A model generated the notes under the pieces. It did not search any database and was not told where the DNA came from. It worked only from the letters and a program-made list of their open reading frames with translations. Source: Myxococcota bacterium (lineage in GTDB: Bacteria; Myxococcota_A; UBA9160; UBA4427). From it: a stretch of DNA of 47,212 nt. Within the stretch, counting starts at the first letter, position 1. Every line of letters begins with the position of its first letter. The stretch lies in NCBI GenBank assembly GCA_036336835.1, contig JAYZFK010000048.1, positions 1-47,212 on the forward strand, written 5' to 3'. The translations under genes and the position numbers were made by a program. Below, one piece after another: positions 8,457-16,785 of the stretch.

Positions 8457-9969
8457 AGGGCACCCGGCGCCGGAACAGCGGCACGTAGCGGCCGTCGTCG
8501 AGCCGCATGTGCTCGAGCGCGTAGTCGCGCAGGAAGCGCGGGTCGTCCCGCAGATCGAAGTCCGACGGATAGCCGAACGCAAGCAGCTCGTCGCGATCCA
8601 GGGGCGTCCGAAACGCCCTGGGCTGACCGTAGAAGATGATGTCGGGCTGGCGATCGAGCACGTAGGCGCCGTCGTGGCTCTCGTGCGCCGGAAACTGCAC
8701 CCGCTTGCCGGGCGCGGTCGCGATGTGACGATCGGTGAGGCCGAGCATGTCGATGACCTCGAGCCGACTCACGTAGGTGAGCACGCCGACATTGTTGGCC
8801 GCGACGCTGGCACCCGGGTGCTGCTCGGCGAGCTCGACTGCGATCAGCCCGACGTCGCGCGACAGTGTCTCGTCGTGGCGGACTCGCGCGATCTCCCCGC
8901 CGCTGACCGAGTGCTGGAGATTCGAGACGGCGATCAGCGCCACCAGCGCAACACACCACGCGTGCAGCGCCCGCTGCGATGAGCCAGCGAGTCTCGCGAC
9001 CGTCTCGCCCAGCAGCAGAGCCAGCATCGGCAGCACCCAGAACCACATCCGGTAGTAGGCCTGGCCGTCGCCTCCGACGCGCACGAAGAACGCCACGAAC
9101 GCGAGACAGATCGCAAACGGCAGCCATCCGACGGAGCCGCGCCGCGCGCACAGAGCCAGCCACGCCCCGAGCACGACGATCGGCATGCCCCCGTAGGCCA
9201 TCGCGAACCACAGGGCGATCCGTCCACCCCGCATCAGCAGCTCCCACGAGAGCGGGTGGAACTTGGTGTAATACGGGTTCGGCAGCGGGTCGCCGTAGTA
9301 GGCGTAGGCCCAGGCCGTGAACACCCCGAAGATGGACAGGCTGATGGCCAGCGATCCCGCGACGGCTCGCGCGCGGACCCGGTCGGGCCGACGAAGCCAG
9401 AGCCCGATGCCGATCACCAGCCCGTAGAACACCCCTTCGGGGCGCGTGATCGCTGCGAGCCCCAGCAGCAGGCCGAGCCACCCGAAGCGGCGCGACGCTG
9501 CGTCGGCCTCGGTCCGCAGCGCCACCACCACACTCGCGCTGAGCAGCAGCGCGAACAGCGGTCCCTCGAGCCCGGCCACCAGCCACAGCGCGAAGGTGCC
9601 GTTGGTCGCGAGCAGCAGCGCGCCGGACAGCGCGGGCCAGCTGCCCCCGAAGGCTGAACGCAGGTAACCCGCCACCAGCGCCAGGATCCCCCAGCCGAGG
9701 ACGATCCCCAGCACCGGGGCCGCCCGCGGCGAGGCCACCCCGAGCCACTCGGCCCCACTCAGCAGCACGACCCAGAGAAAGTTCGAGTACCCCATCACGT
9801 ACTCGCCGGGGTTGAAGACCAGGCCGTTTCCCTCGGCCAGATTCGCCGCGTAGCGAAAGGAGATGTACGCATCGTCCGCGATGTGGTCGAAGTACAGCGC
9901 GTGGAGCGCCGAGCCGCCCAGCAACGCCAGCAGCGCGGCGACCTCCCAGCGTGACAGGCGCGGGATCAT
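8449..9969 (-). CDS. Polytopic membrane protein, GT-C-fold glycosyltransferase-like
   Basis: DDAYISFRYAANLAEGNGLVFNPGE after TM1; GLEGPLF; TRPEG; YYGDPLPNPYYTK; IDMLGLTD. Confidence 0.7.
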   Translation of the reverse strand: MIPRLSRWEVAALLALLGGSALHALYFDHIADDAYISFRYAANLAEGNGLVFNPGEYVMGYSNFLWVVLLSGAEWLGVASPRAAPVLGIVLGWGILALVAGYLRSAFGGSWPALSGALLLATNGTFALWLVAGLEGPLFALLLSASVVVALRTEADAASRRFGWLGLLLGLAAITRPEGVFYGLVIGIGLWLRRPDRVRARAVAGSLAISLSIFGVFTAWAYAYYGDPLPNPYYTKFHPLSWELLMRGGRIALWFAMAYGGMPIVVLGAWLALCARRGSVGWLPFAICLAFVAFFVRVGGDGQAYYRMWFWVLPMLALLLGETVARLAGSSQRALHAWCVALVALIAVSNLQHSVSGGEIARVRHDETLSRDVGLIAVELAEQHPGASVAANNVGVLTYVSRLEVIDMLGLTDRHIATAPGKRVQFPAHESHDGAYVLDRQPDIIFYGQPRAFRTPLDRDELLAFGYPSDFDLRDDPRFLRDYALEHMRLDDGRYVPLFRRRVPSS

Positions 9970-10024
9970 TCGACTAGCTTGGGCAGGACTGGAGCCAACG
10001 TCAATCCGGGTACCTCGAGCGACC

Positions 10025-10792
10025 ATGACTTCGAGCTTCGACCCCAGCGCTGCGGCGTGCTCCGGCTACTGCCGCGATTGCGCGCGGGAGCACCACCTGC
10101 CCCAGGGAGGTGCCCGGTCGCACGCCCTGCGCGTGATTCGCGAGCTCGAGCGGCTCGGGCGGCTCGACTATCTCGCGCCCGAGCGCGCCGCCGACCCACG
10201 GCTGTCGTTCGAGCAGCTGTTCCCGGGCGAGCCGGGCAACATGTTCGGCGTGCTCGAGTGCCTCGACGCCCGCGGCCGCACCGTCGTGCTGCGCGCCTTC
10301 TCGTCGCTGCGTCGCGGCATCCGCGAGGTCGCGGGCTGGGTCCCCGCGATCCTGAGCGCCGAGACGTTCCACGGCCTGGTCGAGCCGGCGCAGCAGGAGA
10401 TCGAGCGCCTCACGGCGAGACTCGAGTCGCTCGACACGCGATCTTCGGCCTACCGCGCGCTCGCCGCCCAGCGGCGGCAGCGCTCGCAGCGCCTGCTCGA
10501 GGCCATGCAGGCGCGCTATCGCTTCCACAACTTCCGCGGACAGACGCGCGGGCTGCGCGAGGCCTTCTGTGGACCGGACGGCATTCCGGGCGGCGTCGGG
10601 GAATGCTGCGCGCCCAAGCTGTTGAACCACGCCGCCCAAGAGGGCCTGCGACCGACCGGGCTGGCCGAGTTCTACTGGGGCGGCTCGAAGGGCTCGCGCA
10701 GACTCACGCACGGCGAGTTCTACCCCAGCTGCGAGAGCCGCTGCCGACCGATCCTGGGCTTCATGTTGTGTGGCCTCGCCGATGCCGACTGA
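10025..10792 (+). CDS. Cys-rich protein resembling the N-terminal (cytidine deaminase-like) domain of long RluA/TrcP-type proteins
   Basis: GNMFGVL...LRAFS...WVP...NFRG...PGGVGECCAPKLL...LAEFYWG...HGEFYPSCESRCRPILGFMLCG; additional N-terminal CRDC-x3-H; ATG 10025. Confidence 0.75.
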   Translation: MTSSFDPSAAACSGYCRDCAREHHLPQGGARSHALRVIRELERLGRLDYLAPERAADPRLSFEQLFPGEPGNMFGVLECLDARGRTVVLRAFSSLRRGIREVAGWVPAILSAETFHGLVEPAQQEIERLTARLESLDTRSSAYRALAAQRRQRSQRLLEAMQARYRFHNFRGQTRGLREAFCGPDGIPGGVGECCAPKLLNHAAQEGLRPTGLAEFYWGGSKGSRRLTHGEFYPSCESRCRPILGFMLCGLADAD

Positions 10793-11426
10793 CCCCGGGC
10801 TCGACATCGTCTTCGAGGACCCGGACTTCGTCGTCGTCGACAAGCCCAGCGGCCTGCTCTCGGTACCCGGGCGCGGCCCCGACAAGCTCGACTGCGTCAC
10901 CGCGCGGGTTCGCGCGCTCTACCCCGGCTGCATCGAGCAGCCGGCCGTCCACCGGCTCGACATGGACACCTCCGGCCTGCTCGTCGTGGCGCGAAGCCGC
11001 GACTCGCACCGCCATCTCTCGCGCCAGTTCCAGAGCCGGAGGACGACCAAGCGCTACATCGCTCTGCTCGACGGACGGCTCGACCGCCAGCGCGGCACCC
11101 TGCGGCTCCCCTTTCGCCTTGACGTCGACAACCGCCCGTACCAGATCTACGACGAGGTGCACGGCAAGCTCGGGATCACGCACTGGGAGCGGCTCGCAGT
11201 CGAAGGCAACCTGACGCGTGTCGCCTTCACGCCCGTCACGGGCCGCACCCACCAGCTCCGCGTCCACGCCGCCCACCCGCTCGGCCTCGGCATGCCGATC
11301 GCGGGCGATCCGCTCTATGGAACTGGCGCGGGGCCCGGCCGGCTCATGTTGCACGCCTGCGATCTCGGGTTCGAGCACCCGTCGACCGGCGAGGCGCTCG
11401 CCTATCACCGCCCACCGCCGTTCTGA
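10782..11426 (+). CDS. RluA-family pseudouridine synthase
   Basis: VVVDKPSGLLSVPG, catalytic HRLDMDTSGL, TGRTHQLRVH, GDPLYG, LMLHA motifs; ATG overlaps the upstream ORF by 11 bp. Confidence 0.93.
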   Translation: MPTDPGLDIVFEDPDFVVVDKPSGLLSVPGRGPDKLDCVTARVRALYPGCIEQPAVHRLDMDTSGLLVVARSRDSHRHLSRQFQSRRTTKRYIALLDGRLDRQRGTLRLPFRLDVDNRPYQIYDEVHGKLGITHWERLAVEGNLTRVAFTPVTGRTHQLRVHAAHPLGLGMPIAGDPLYGTGAGPGRLMLHACDLGFEHPSTGEALAYHRPPPF

Positions 11427-11457
11427 CGCAGCCGGGGCCAGCGGCGGAATCCTCGCG

Positions 11458-12282
11458 TCAGAACGGCGCATCGCCCGCGATCGTCACGCGGTGCAGGATG
11501 CGGCGCTCAGCGTAGTCGGCGACGGCGTAGTGCTGCGTGCAGCGATTGTCGAGGAAGGCGACCGAGTCTTCGGCCCAGCGCCAGCGCACCTGGAACTCGG
11601 GCAGGTGAACGTGATCGAACAGCAGGTGGAGCAGCGCAGCGCTCTCGGCCTCGGCCAGCTCGCAGATGCGGACCGTCGAGTTGCGGTTGACGAACAGCGC
11701 CTTGCGCCCGGTCTCGGGGTGGGTGCGCACGACCGGATGGGTGACCGGCGGCAGGCGCTGCTGAATTGCGCGCAGATCCGTCTCGAGATGACCGGCGCGG
11801 ATGCCGCGGGTCGCGGACCTCGTAATGTCGTGCTCGGCCGTGAGCCCACAGAGCATCCGCTGCATCGGCTCGGACAGCGCGTCGTAGGCTGCGTACATGC
11901 TGGCAAACAGTGTGTCGCCTCCGACGGGCGGAACCCGCACGGCCCGCAGGATCGAGCCCATCGCGGGTCGCGCCGTGTAGGTGTGATCGGCGTGCCAGCT
12001 GTCGGCGCCCTCGCCCCTGGGAGACGTCTGGTCGAGCACGTTCAGGTCGGGGTTGTCGCCGTGGTGGGTCTTGACCGGCGGGCGCTGGATCTCTCCAAAG
12101 GCTCGCGCCAGCGCGATCTGCTGCTCCGGCGTCATCGGCTGCTCGCGGAACAGCAGCACCAGGTGCTCGAGCAGTGCGGCGCGAAGGGCATCGACCGTCG
12201 CGGCGTCGAGCGGACGCGCCAGCTCGACGCCCGTGACCTCGGCCCCGATCTCCGGAGTGATCGCCGCCAGCTGGATCGGCAC
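11458..12282 (-). CDS. TauD/TfdA family Fe(II)/2-oxoglutarate dioxygenase
   Basis: IGAEVTGV; WHADHTY (HxD); GGDTLF; HPVVRTHPETGRKALFVN; DNRCTQHYA...RILHRVTI. Confidence 0.93.
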   Translation of the reverse strand: MPIQLAAITPEIGAEVTGVELARPLDAATVDALRAALLEHLVLLFREQPMTPEQQIALARAFGEIQRPPVKTHHGDNPDLNVLDQTSPRGEGADSWHADHTYTARPAMGSILRAVRVPPVGGDTLFASMYAAYDALSEPMQRMLCGLTAEHDITRSATRGIRAGHLETDLRAIQQRLPPVTHPVVRTHPETGRKALFVNRNSTVRICELAEAESAALLHLLFDHVHLPEFQVRWRWAEDSVAFLDNRCTQHYAVADYAERRILHRVTIAGDAPF

Positions 12283-12409
12283 CCGGCCTCTCCTTCCGGT
12301 CGCTCGGCGCGCACCCGCCCCCGGTCACCGGCGCGCCAGCGACTCGCGGCGGAGTCTAGTCATCGGCCGAACGGGAATCACTCGTCGACGGCGGCGGGCC
12401 CCGGCGCGA

Positions 12410-13441
12410 TCACTGCGCCGGAAGCCAGCCCGGGAACGCCCAGGCGATCCCCAGCGGCCCGAGCGGGGCCAGTGCGGCCAGCAGCCAGGGGAGCCGGGAG
12501 GTATCGCGCACCACCAGCAGCGCCACGGTGAACAGGTTGAACACCGCCAGCGCACTCCAGCGCGGGATGTCGATTCCGACCAGAACCAGGGCTACCGGCG
12601 CCAGCGCCGGGATCATCAGCCACAGGGAGCCGGGCGCGGCACGAGCGATCATCCGACCCAGGACCACTGCATTGACCGCGAGGAATCCGGCACTCGGCAG
12701 AATCGACCAGCGCAGGGTGTCCGCGTGCAGGAGGTGCCCGCTCGCATAGGCGACGCTCTCGCCGAGCGGCGAGACCCAGATCCGCAGCGGGTAATAGAAC
12801 GGCCCCAGCTTCGCGAAGAAGTCGGCGATGGCCTCGGGCTCCGCGCCACCGAAGAGCAGCACGGCCGCCGTCGCCGCGCCCCCCGCCAGCGCCGGCGCGA
12901 GCCAGGGCGCAACACGCCCGCGGGCCTCGGCAGACGCCACGGCGACGATCAGCGGCAGGAAGAGCAAGGCGAACGCCTCGTGGATCAGCACCCCGAGGAA
13001 CACGGCGACCGGCGCCACCCCGGGAATGCCCCGACGCAGCGCGAGAATGGAGAGCAGACAGAGCACCGCCCCGATCTGATCGAAACGCCCGACATCGAAT
13101 GCAAAGTTCTGGAAGGTCCCGGGCGAGACCGCGAAGGCCACCGCCAGCGCCAGCGGCGCACCCGTCTGACGAACGAACGCCACGCTCGCCCCGAGCGCAG
13201 CCAGCAGCATCGCCAGCGACAGCGCGGCAACCCTGCCGACCGCCGCCGGATCGGCGGGAACGTCGACCAGGCTTCCGACCAGCCCGCGCTTGACGAAGCC
13301 GAAGCTCTGATAATCGACCGCAAAATGCGAGAGCATCCACAGCCGGTGCTCCGCCTCCAGCTCCGGCTCGAGTACCAGGTAGCCGGCCAGGGCCGCCAGC
13401 CCGGCCAGTAGCGAGAACGTCAGCGCAACGGGCAGCGCCAA
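12410..13441 (-). CDS. Uncharacterised polytopic membrane protein (possibly GT-C-like)
   Basis: Hydrophobic C-terminal part of ORF 12410..13831; DYQSFGFVKRGLVG, GRFDQI and LIHEAF motifs; TTG start 1 nt after the upstream TGA is inferred. Confidence 0.65.
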   Translation of the reverse strand: MALPVALTFSLLAGLAALAGYLVLEPELEAEHRLWMLSHFAVDYQSFGFVKRGLVGSLVDVPADPAAVGRVAALSLAMLLAALGASVAFVRQTGAPLALAVAFAVSPGTFQNFAFDVGRFDQIGAVLCLLSILALRRGIPGVAPVAVFLGVLIHEAFALLFLPLIVAVASAEARGRVAPWLAPALAGGAATAAVLLFGGAEPEAIADFFAKLGPFYYPLRIWVSPLGESVAYASGHLLHADTLRWSILPSAGFLAVNAVVLGRMIARAAPGSLWLMIPALAPVALVLVGIDIPRWSALAVFNLFTVALLVVRDTSRLPWLLAALAPLGPLGIAWAFPGWLPAQ

Positions 13442-13442
13442 A

Positions 13443-15050
13443 TCAGGGGCCGCCCGGGGAACGTCCGCGCTTCGAGCGCGCGAGCTGGCGCTCCGCCTGC
13501 TCGCGGCGTTCGAGGGTACGGGGATCGTCGGGATCGAGCTGCAGCGCCTGTTCGTAGGCCGCCAGAGCCGCCGCCCAGTCGCGATCGATCTCATGGAGCT
13601 CGCCGCGTCGCAGCCAGGCTTCGCTGTTGGGCTGGATGGCGAGGCTTCGCTCGAACGCCCGGGCCGCGGCTTCGCGGTTGCCCGCGTCCGCCCAGTACGA
13701 GCCGAGCCTGACCCGGTGCCACGCCGATTCGCGACCCATAAAGCGAAGCCGCCGCAGCGCCAGCTCGGCTCTGGCGAGGTCGGGCTCGGGTGCGCGGATG
13801 CTCTGCTCGAAGCTGCGCGTCTCGAGTTCACTCGCCAGCATGACGGTCCCGCCGATCAGCCCCGCAGCGCAGACGAGAGCCAGCAGCCGGGAGCGCGGGG
13901 GGCGGATCGGATCGGGGCCCGAGACGCTCGGCTCCGGGCGCAGCAGCGCGCGTGCAACCTGGCCGTCGCGAAGCTTCCAGACCGCGCCGTCGAGCACGAA
14001 GTGATGGAGGTTGACGGCGGCGAAGATCAGCAGCGCGAGACCCGAATCGAAGGGAACGCGGCCGAGCGCACCGGGCGCGAGCACCAGCACCGGAAGCGTG
14101 TTGAGAGCGGCGCCGACCAGCGTCGCCTTCAACAAATAGGAGGACAGCCGAAAGCCCGTGTTCGAGCGCCTGGCGAAATAGGAGGTGATCCACAGGTACT
14201 GCAGCGAGTGGAAGGCCGAGCTCCACAGCGCCGAGAAGACGAGACTCGTCGATGCCTGCACTCCGAAGAACTGCAGCAGCGCGGGGAGCGTGAACCAGAG
14301 CGATTGCGTGGCGATGAGCGCCAGCCCCGGGAGCACCGCCGTCCAGCCTGCCCGAGCGACGAAGCGACGCATGACCCGGCCCGTCGTGCCGACGTACCCG
14401 GCGAACAGAATCGGCAGTAGCAGTTGGGCCACGTCGACCGGAATGCCCAGCCGCAGCACGTGGTAGACCGAGAGCAGCGCGCGCCCCCGACCCTGCTCGA
14501 CGACCGTGGCAAAGCCGTCCGGCGCGAAGCGGGCATGCGAAGAGCCCATGTGGGTGACCAGGAGCGCCAGCAGGAAGGACAGCAGGTAGGAGAGATAGAG
14601 CAGGCGCTTCTCGAACGGATCGATCTCGAGACCCTGTCGCCGGAGCTGCATCAGGGTGATGCCGTAGTTCTGCCCCGCGAAGTGCCACGGACTCCAGCTG
14701 ACATAGAGCGTCAGCAAGATGGAGCCGACGATCGGAAGCTGCGAGCCGACCCAGGTCAGCCCGATCAGCGCGATCGTGAAGTGGACCGCGAAGTAGGCAT
14801 ACCGGCGCCGCGTCTCGCGCGCCTCGTAGACTCGCAGCAGTGTGGCGCCGTAGTGCGGACCGGCGATCAGCAGTCCGACGAAGAGCCCGAGCACCACCAG
14901 CGTGGGAGAGCCGGGGTCGAGGACGACAGCCATGAAGAAGGGAACAGTGAGCAGGTAGCCGAGTCCGCATCCGAGGAGCAGATCGACGCTGCGCCCGTAC
15001 AACCAGACGGAGCCGGGGGATTGCTGCGAGGACGCAGCGGATGACTCCAT
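13443..15050 (-). CDS. Multi-His-motif integral membrane protein with C-terminal TPR repeats
   Basis: HYGATLLRVY, WHFAGQNYG, FHSLQYL and HHFVLDGAVWKLR in TM regions; TPR-like AARAFERSLAIQPN / AYEQALQLDPDD. Confidence 0.75.
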   Translation of the reverse strand: MESSAASSQQSPGSVWLYGRSVDLLLGCGLGYLLTVPFFMAVVLDPGSPTLVVLGLFVGLLIAGPHYGATLLRVYEARETRRRYAYFAVHFTIALIGLTWVGSQLPIVGSILLTLYVSWSPWHFAGQNYGITLMQLRRQGLEIDPFEKRLLYLSYLLSFLLALLVTHMGSSHARFAPDGFATVVEQGRGRALLSVYHVLRLGIPVDVAQLLLPILFAGYVGTTGRVMRRFVARAGWTAVLPGLALIATQSLWFTLPALLQFFGVQASTSLVFSALWSSAFHSLQYLWITSYFARRSNTGFRLSSYLLKATLVGAALNTLPVLVLAPGALGRVPFDSGLALLIFAAVNLHHFVLDGAVWKLRDGQVARALLRPEPSVSGPDPIRPPRSRLLALVCAAGLIGGTVMLASELETRSFEQSIRAPEPDLARAELALRRLRFMGRESAWHRVRLGSYWADAGNREAAARAFERSLAIQPNSEAWLRRGELHEIDRDWAAALAAYEQALQLDPDDPRTLERREQAERQLARSKRGRSPGGP

Positions 15051-15191
15051 CGAGTTCGTTCCTCACGTCCCCGATCGGCCGGGCGGCCAGCGGGTTTCGA
15101 CAGCGCATTCTACCCCACCGGACGGGGCCGAATTTCGCGGTGCGCTGCCACGTCGCCGACCGGGATAGACTGGGCCCGGACCCCGATCCGG

Positions 15192-16715
15192 ATGACGACC
15201 CTCGCCCCCGACACCTCGCGATCGTCCGCCACGACGCAGCACCCGGTTGCGATGCGAGGGCTGCTGCTCGCGGTCGTCGTCTTCTCGTTGGCAGTTCGCT
15301 TGATCACGACGCCCGAGCTGGACGTCGGCGGCGATGCCACCATCAAGTGGTACAACGGAAAGGTCCTGCTCGGCGTGGCTGCGGGCGACTGGGAGTGGAC
15401 CCACCACACCGCGCGCTTCGGCGTCATGCTTCCGATGCTCCTGGTCCAGGCGCTCGGCGGTACCGACCCGACCTTCTACTACCTGCCGACGTTCGCGGTC
15501 GCCGCACTCGAGGCCGCGCTGCTGTTCCTGATCGCCGCGCGGCTGGCGAGCCCGGCGTTCGGCTTCTGGGTCGCGATCGCGCTGGTGCTGCATCCCCAGA
15601 TGGTGATCAGCGGCGCGCAGCTGCTGCCCGGCGTGTACTCGGCTGCCTATCTGCTCGCCTGCACCTGGTGTCTGCTCTGCTACCGCGACGCACACGGCGG
15701 GCTCAGATGGCTGCTGCTGGCAGCGCTGTCGCTCTTCCTCGCCTACCTCTCGAAGCTCTCCAACCTCTTCTTCCTGCCGGGGATCGCGCTCGCGCTTTGG
15801 TCGTGGCGGAGCAGTCTGCGCGACGTGGCCTGCTTCTGGGGCGCGCTACTGCTGCTGATCGCTCTCGAGATCGGCGCTTATCAGCTCTTCACCGAGTACG
15901 GTTTCGGACGGATCAGCATCGTCAATGCAACGGGCCTTCCGATGGAGCCTCTCGACTCCTGGCTCGGGCTGTTCGGACGTTATGCGGCCCTGCCGTGGTC
16001 CTGGACGAACGTCCTGGCCGGGTACGCGATCGCCGCCCTCGGGCTCTGGCTCGCAGCGGCTCGCGGACACCTCGACGACCGAACGGTCGGCGTGCTGTGG
16101 CTGCCCGCGAGCTTTCTGGTCGGCTTTACCTTCGCAGTCCGCAGCATCGATCCGATCATTCCCGCACAGGTCTTCAACGCTCGCTATCTGACGGCCGGGC
16201 TTCCATTCTTCATCCTGGCCATCGGATTGTTCGCGCGCTTCGGGCTCTCGCTCCTGCCGCTTCCGGCGCTTCCGGCGCTCCCCCCGCGACGCGCCGCCGG
16301 AGCGGCGTCGATCGTCGCTGCGCTGCTCGCCTGGCAGCTCCTGGCGCACTTCCCCGGTGTCGCGAAGCACCCGATCGCAAAGCTGTCCGCCGCCCGCGCG
16401 AGCGTGGCGGACTTCATCCGCGGCACGCCCGTCGTCTCGAGCGATCGGCGCGGGCGGGGCGTGCGAGCCTGGCTCCATCTCTTCTGGAACGAGTCCGTGC
16501 CGGAGCTTCGCGTGGCCCGCTTCGGGCCCGACGGCACGGAGGGCTTCTGGTACGCGCTGCACGACGCGTCGACGGTAACACCCGAGCAGATGGAAACCGT
16601 CGCCTACCCGGGCGAAGTGATCCTGATCGACTCGCAGCAGTTCCCGGACACGGACCACTTCGGCTTCCACCTGCGCCGGGTTCGCATCGGGCTCGACGAT
16701 CAGGCAGCTCCCTGA
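15192..16715 (+). CDS. Polytopic membrane protein, ArnT/PMT-like (GT-C) candidate
   Basis: Acidic loop LDVGGDA after TM1; HHTARFG; AYLSKLSN; ARYL; about 10-11 TM segments plus a soluble C-terminus. Confidence 0.6.
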   Translation: MTTLAPDTSRSSATTQHPVAMRGLLLAVVVFSLAVRLITTPELDVGGDATIKWYNGKVLLGVAAGDWEWTHHTARFGVMLPMLLVQALGGTDPTFYYLPTFAVAALEAALLFLIAARLASPAFGFWVAIALVLHPQMVISGAQLLPGVYSAAYLLACTWCLLCYRDAHGGLRWLLLAALSLFLAYLSKLSNLFFLPGIALALWSWRSSLRDVACFWGALLLLIALEIGAYQLFTEYGFGRISIVNATGLPMEPLDSWLGLFGRYAALPWSWTNVLAGYAIAALGLWLAAARGHLDDRTVGVLWLPASFLVGFTFAVRSIDPIIPAQVFNARYLTAGLPFFILAIGLFARFGLSLLPLPALPALPPRRAAGAASIVAALLAWQLLAHFPGVAKHPIAKLSAARASVADFIRGTPVVSSDRRGRGVRAWLHLFWNESVPELRVARFGPDGTEGFWYALHDASTVTPEQMETVAYPGEVILIDSQQFPDTDHFGFHLRRVRIGLDDQAAP

Positions 16716-16785
16716 CCTCGTTATGCCGTGCATCCGCGAAACCCGCGGCCTCCGACCCGGAAGCGCGTGCGGTATCCTGGAGCGA

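Noticed and set aside
4846..8982. 1378-aa + strand ORF and many other long Arg/Ala/Pro-rich ORFs (e.g. 32669-34552, 37821-39935, N-terminal extensions of 36016-39597 and 20364-22802)
   Set aside because: Shadow frames of real genes in high-GC DNA, with no recognisable motifs
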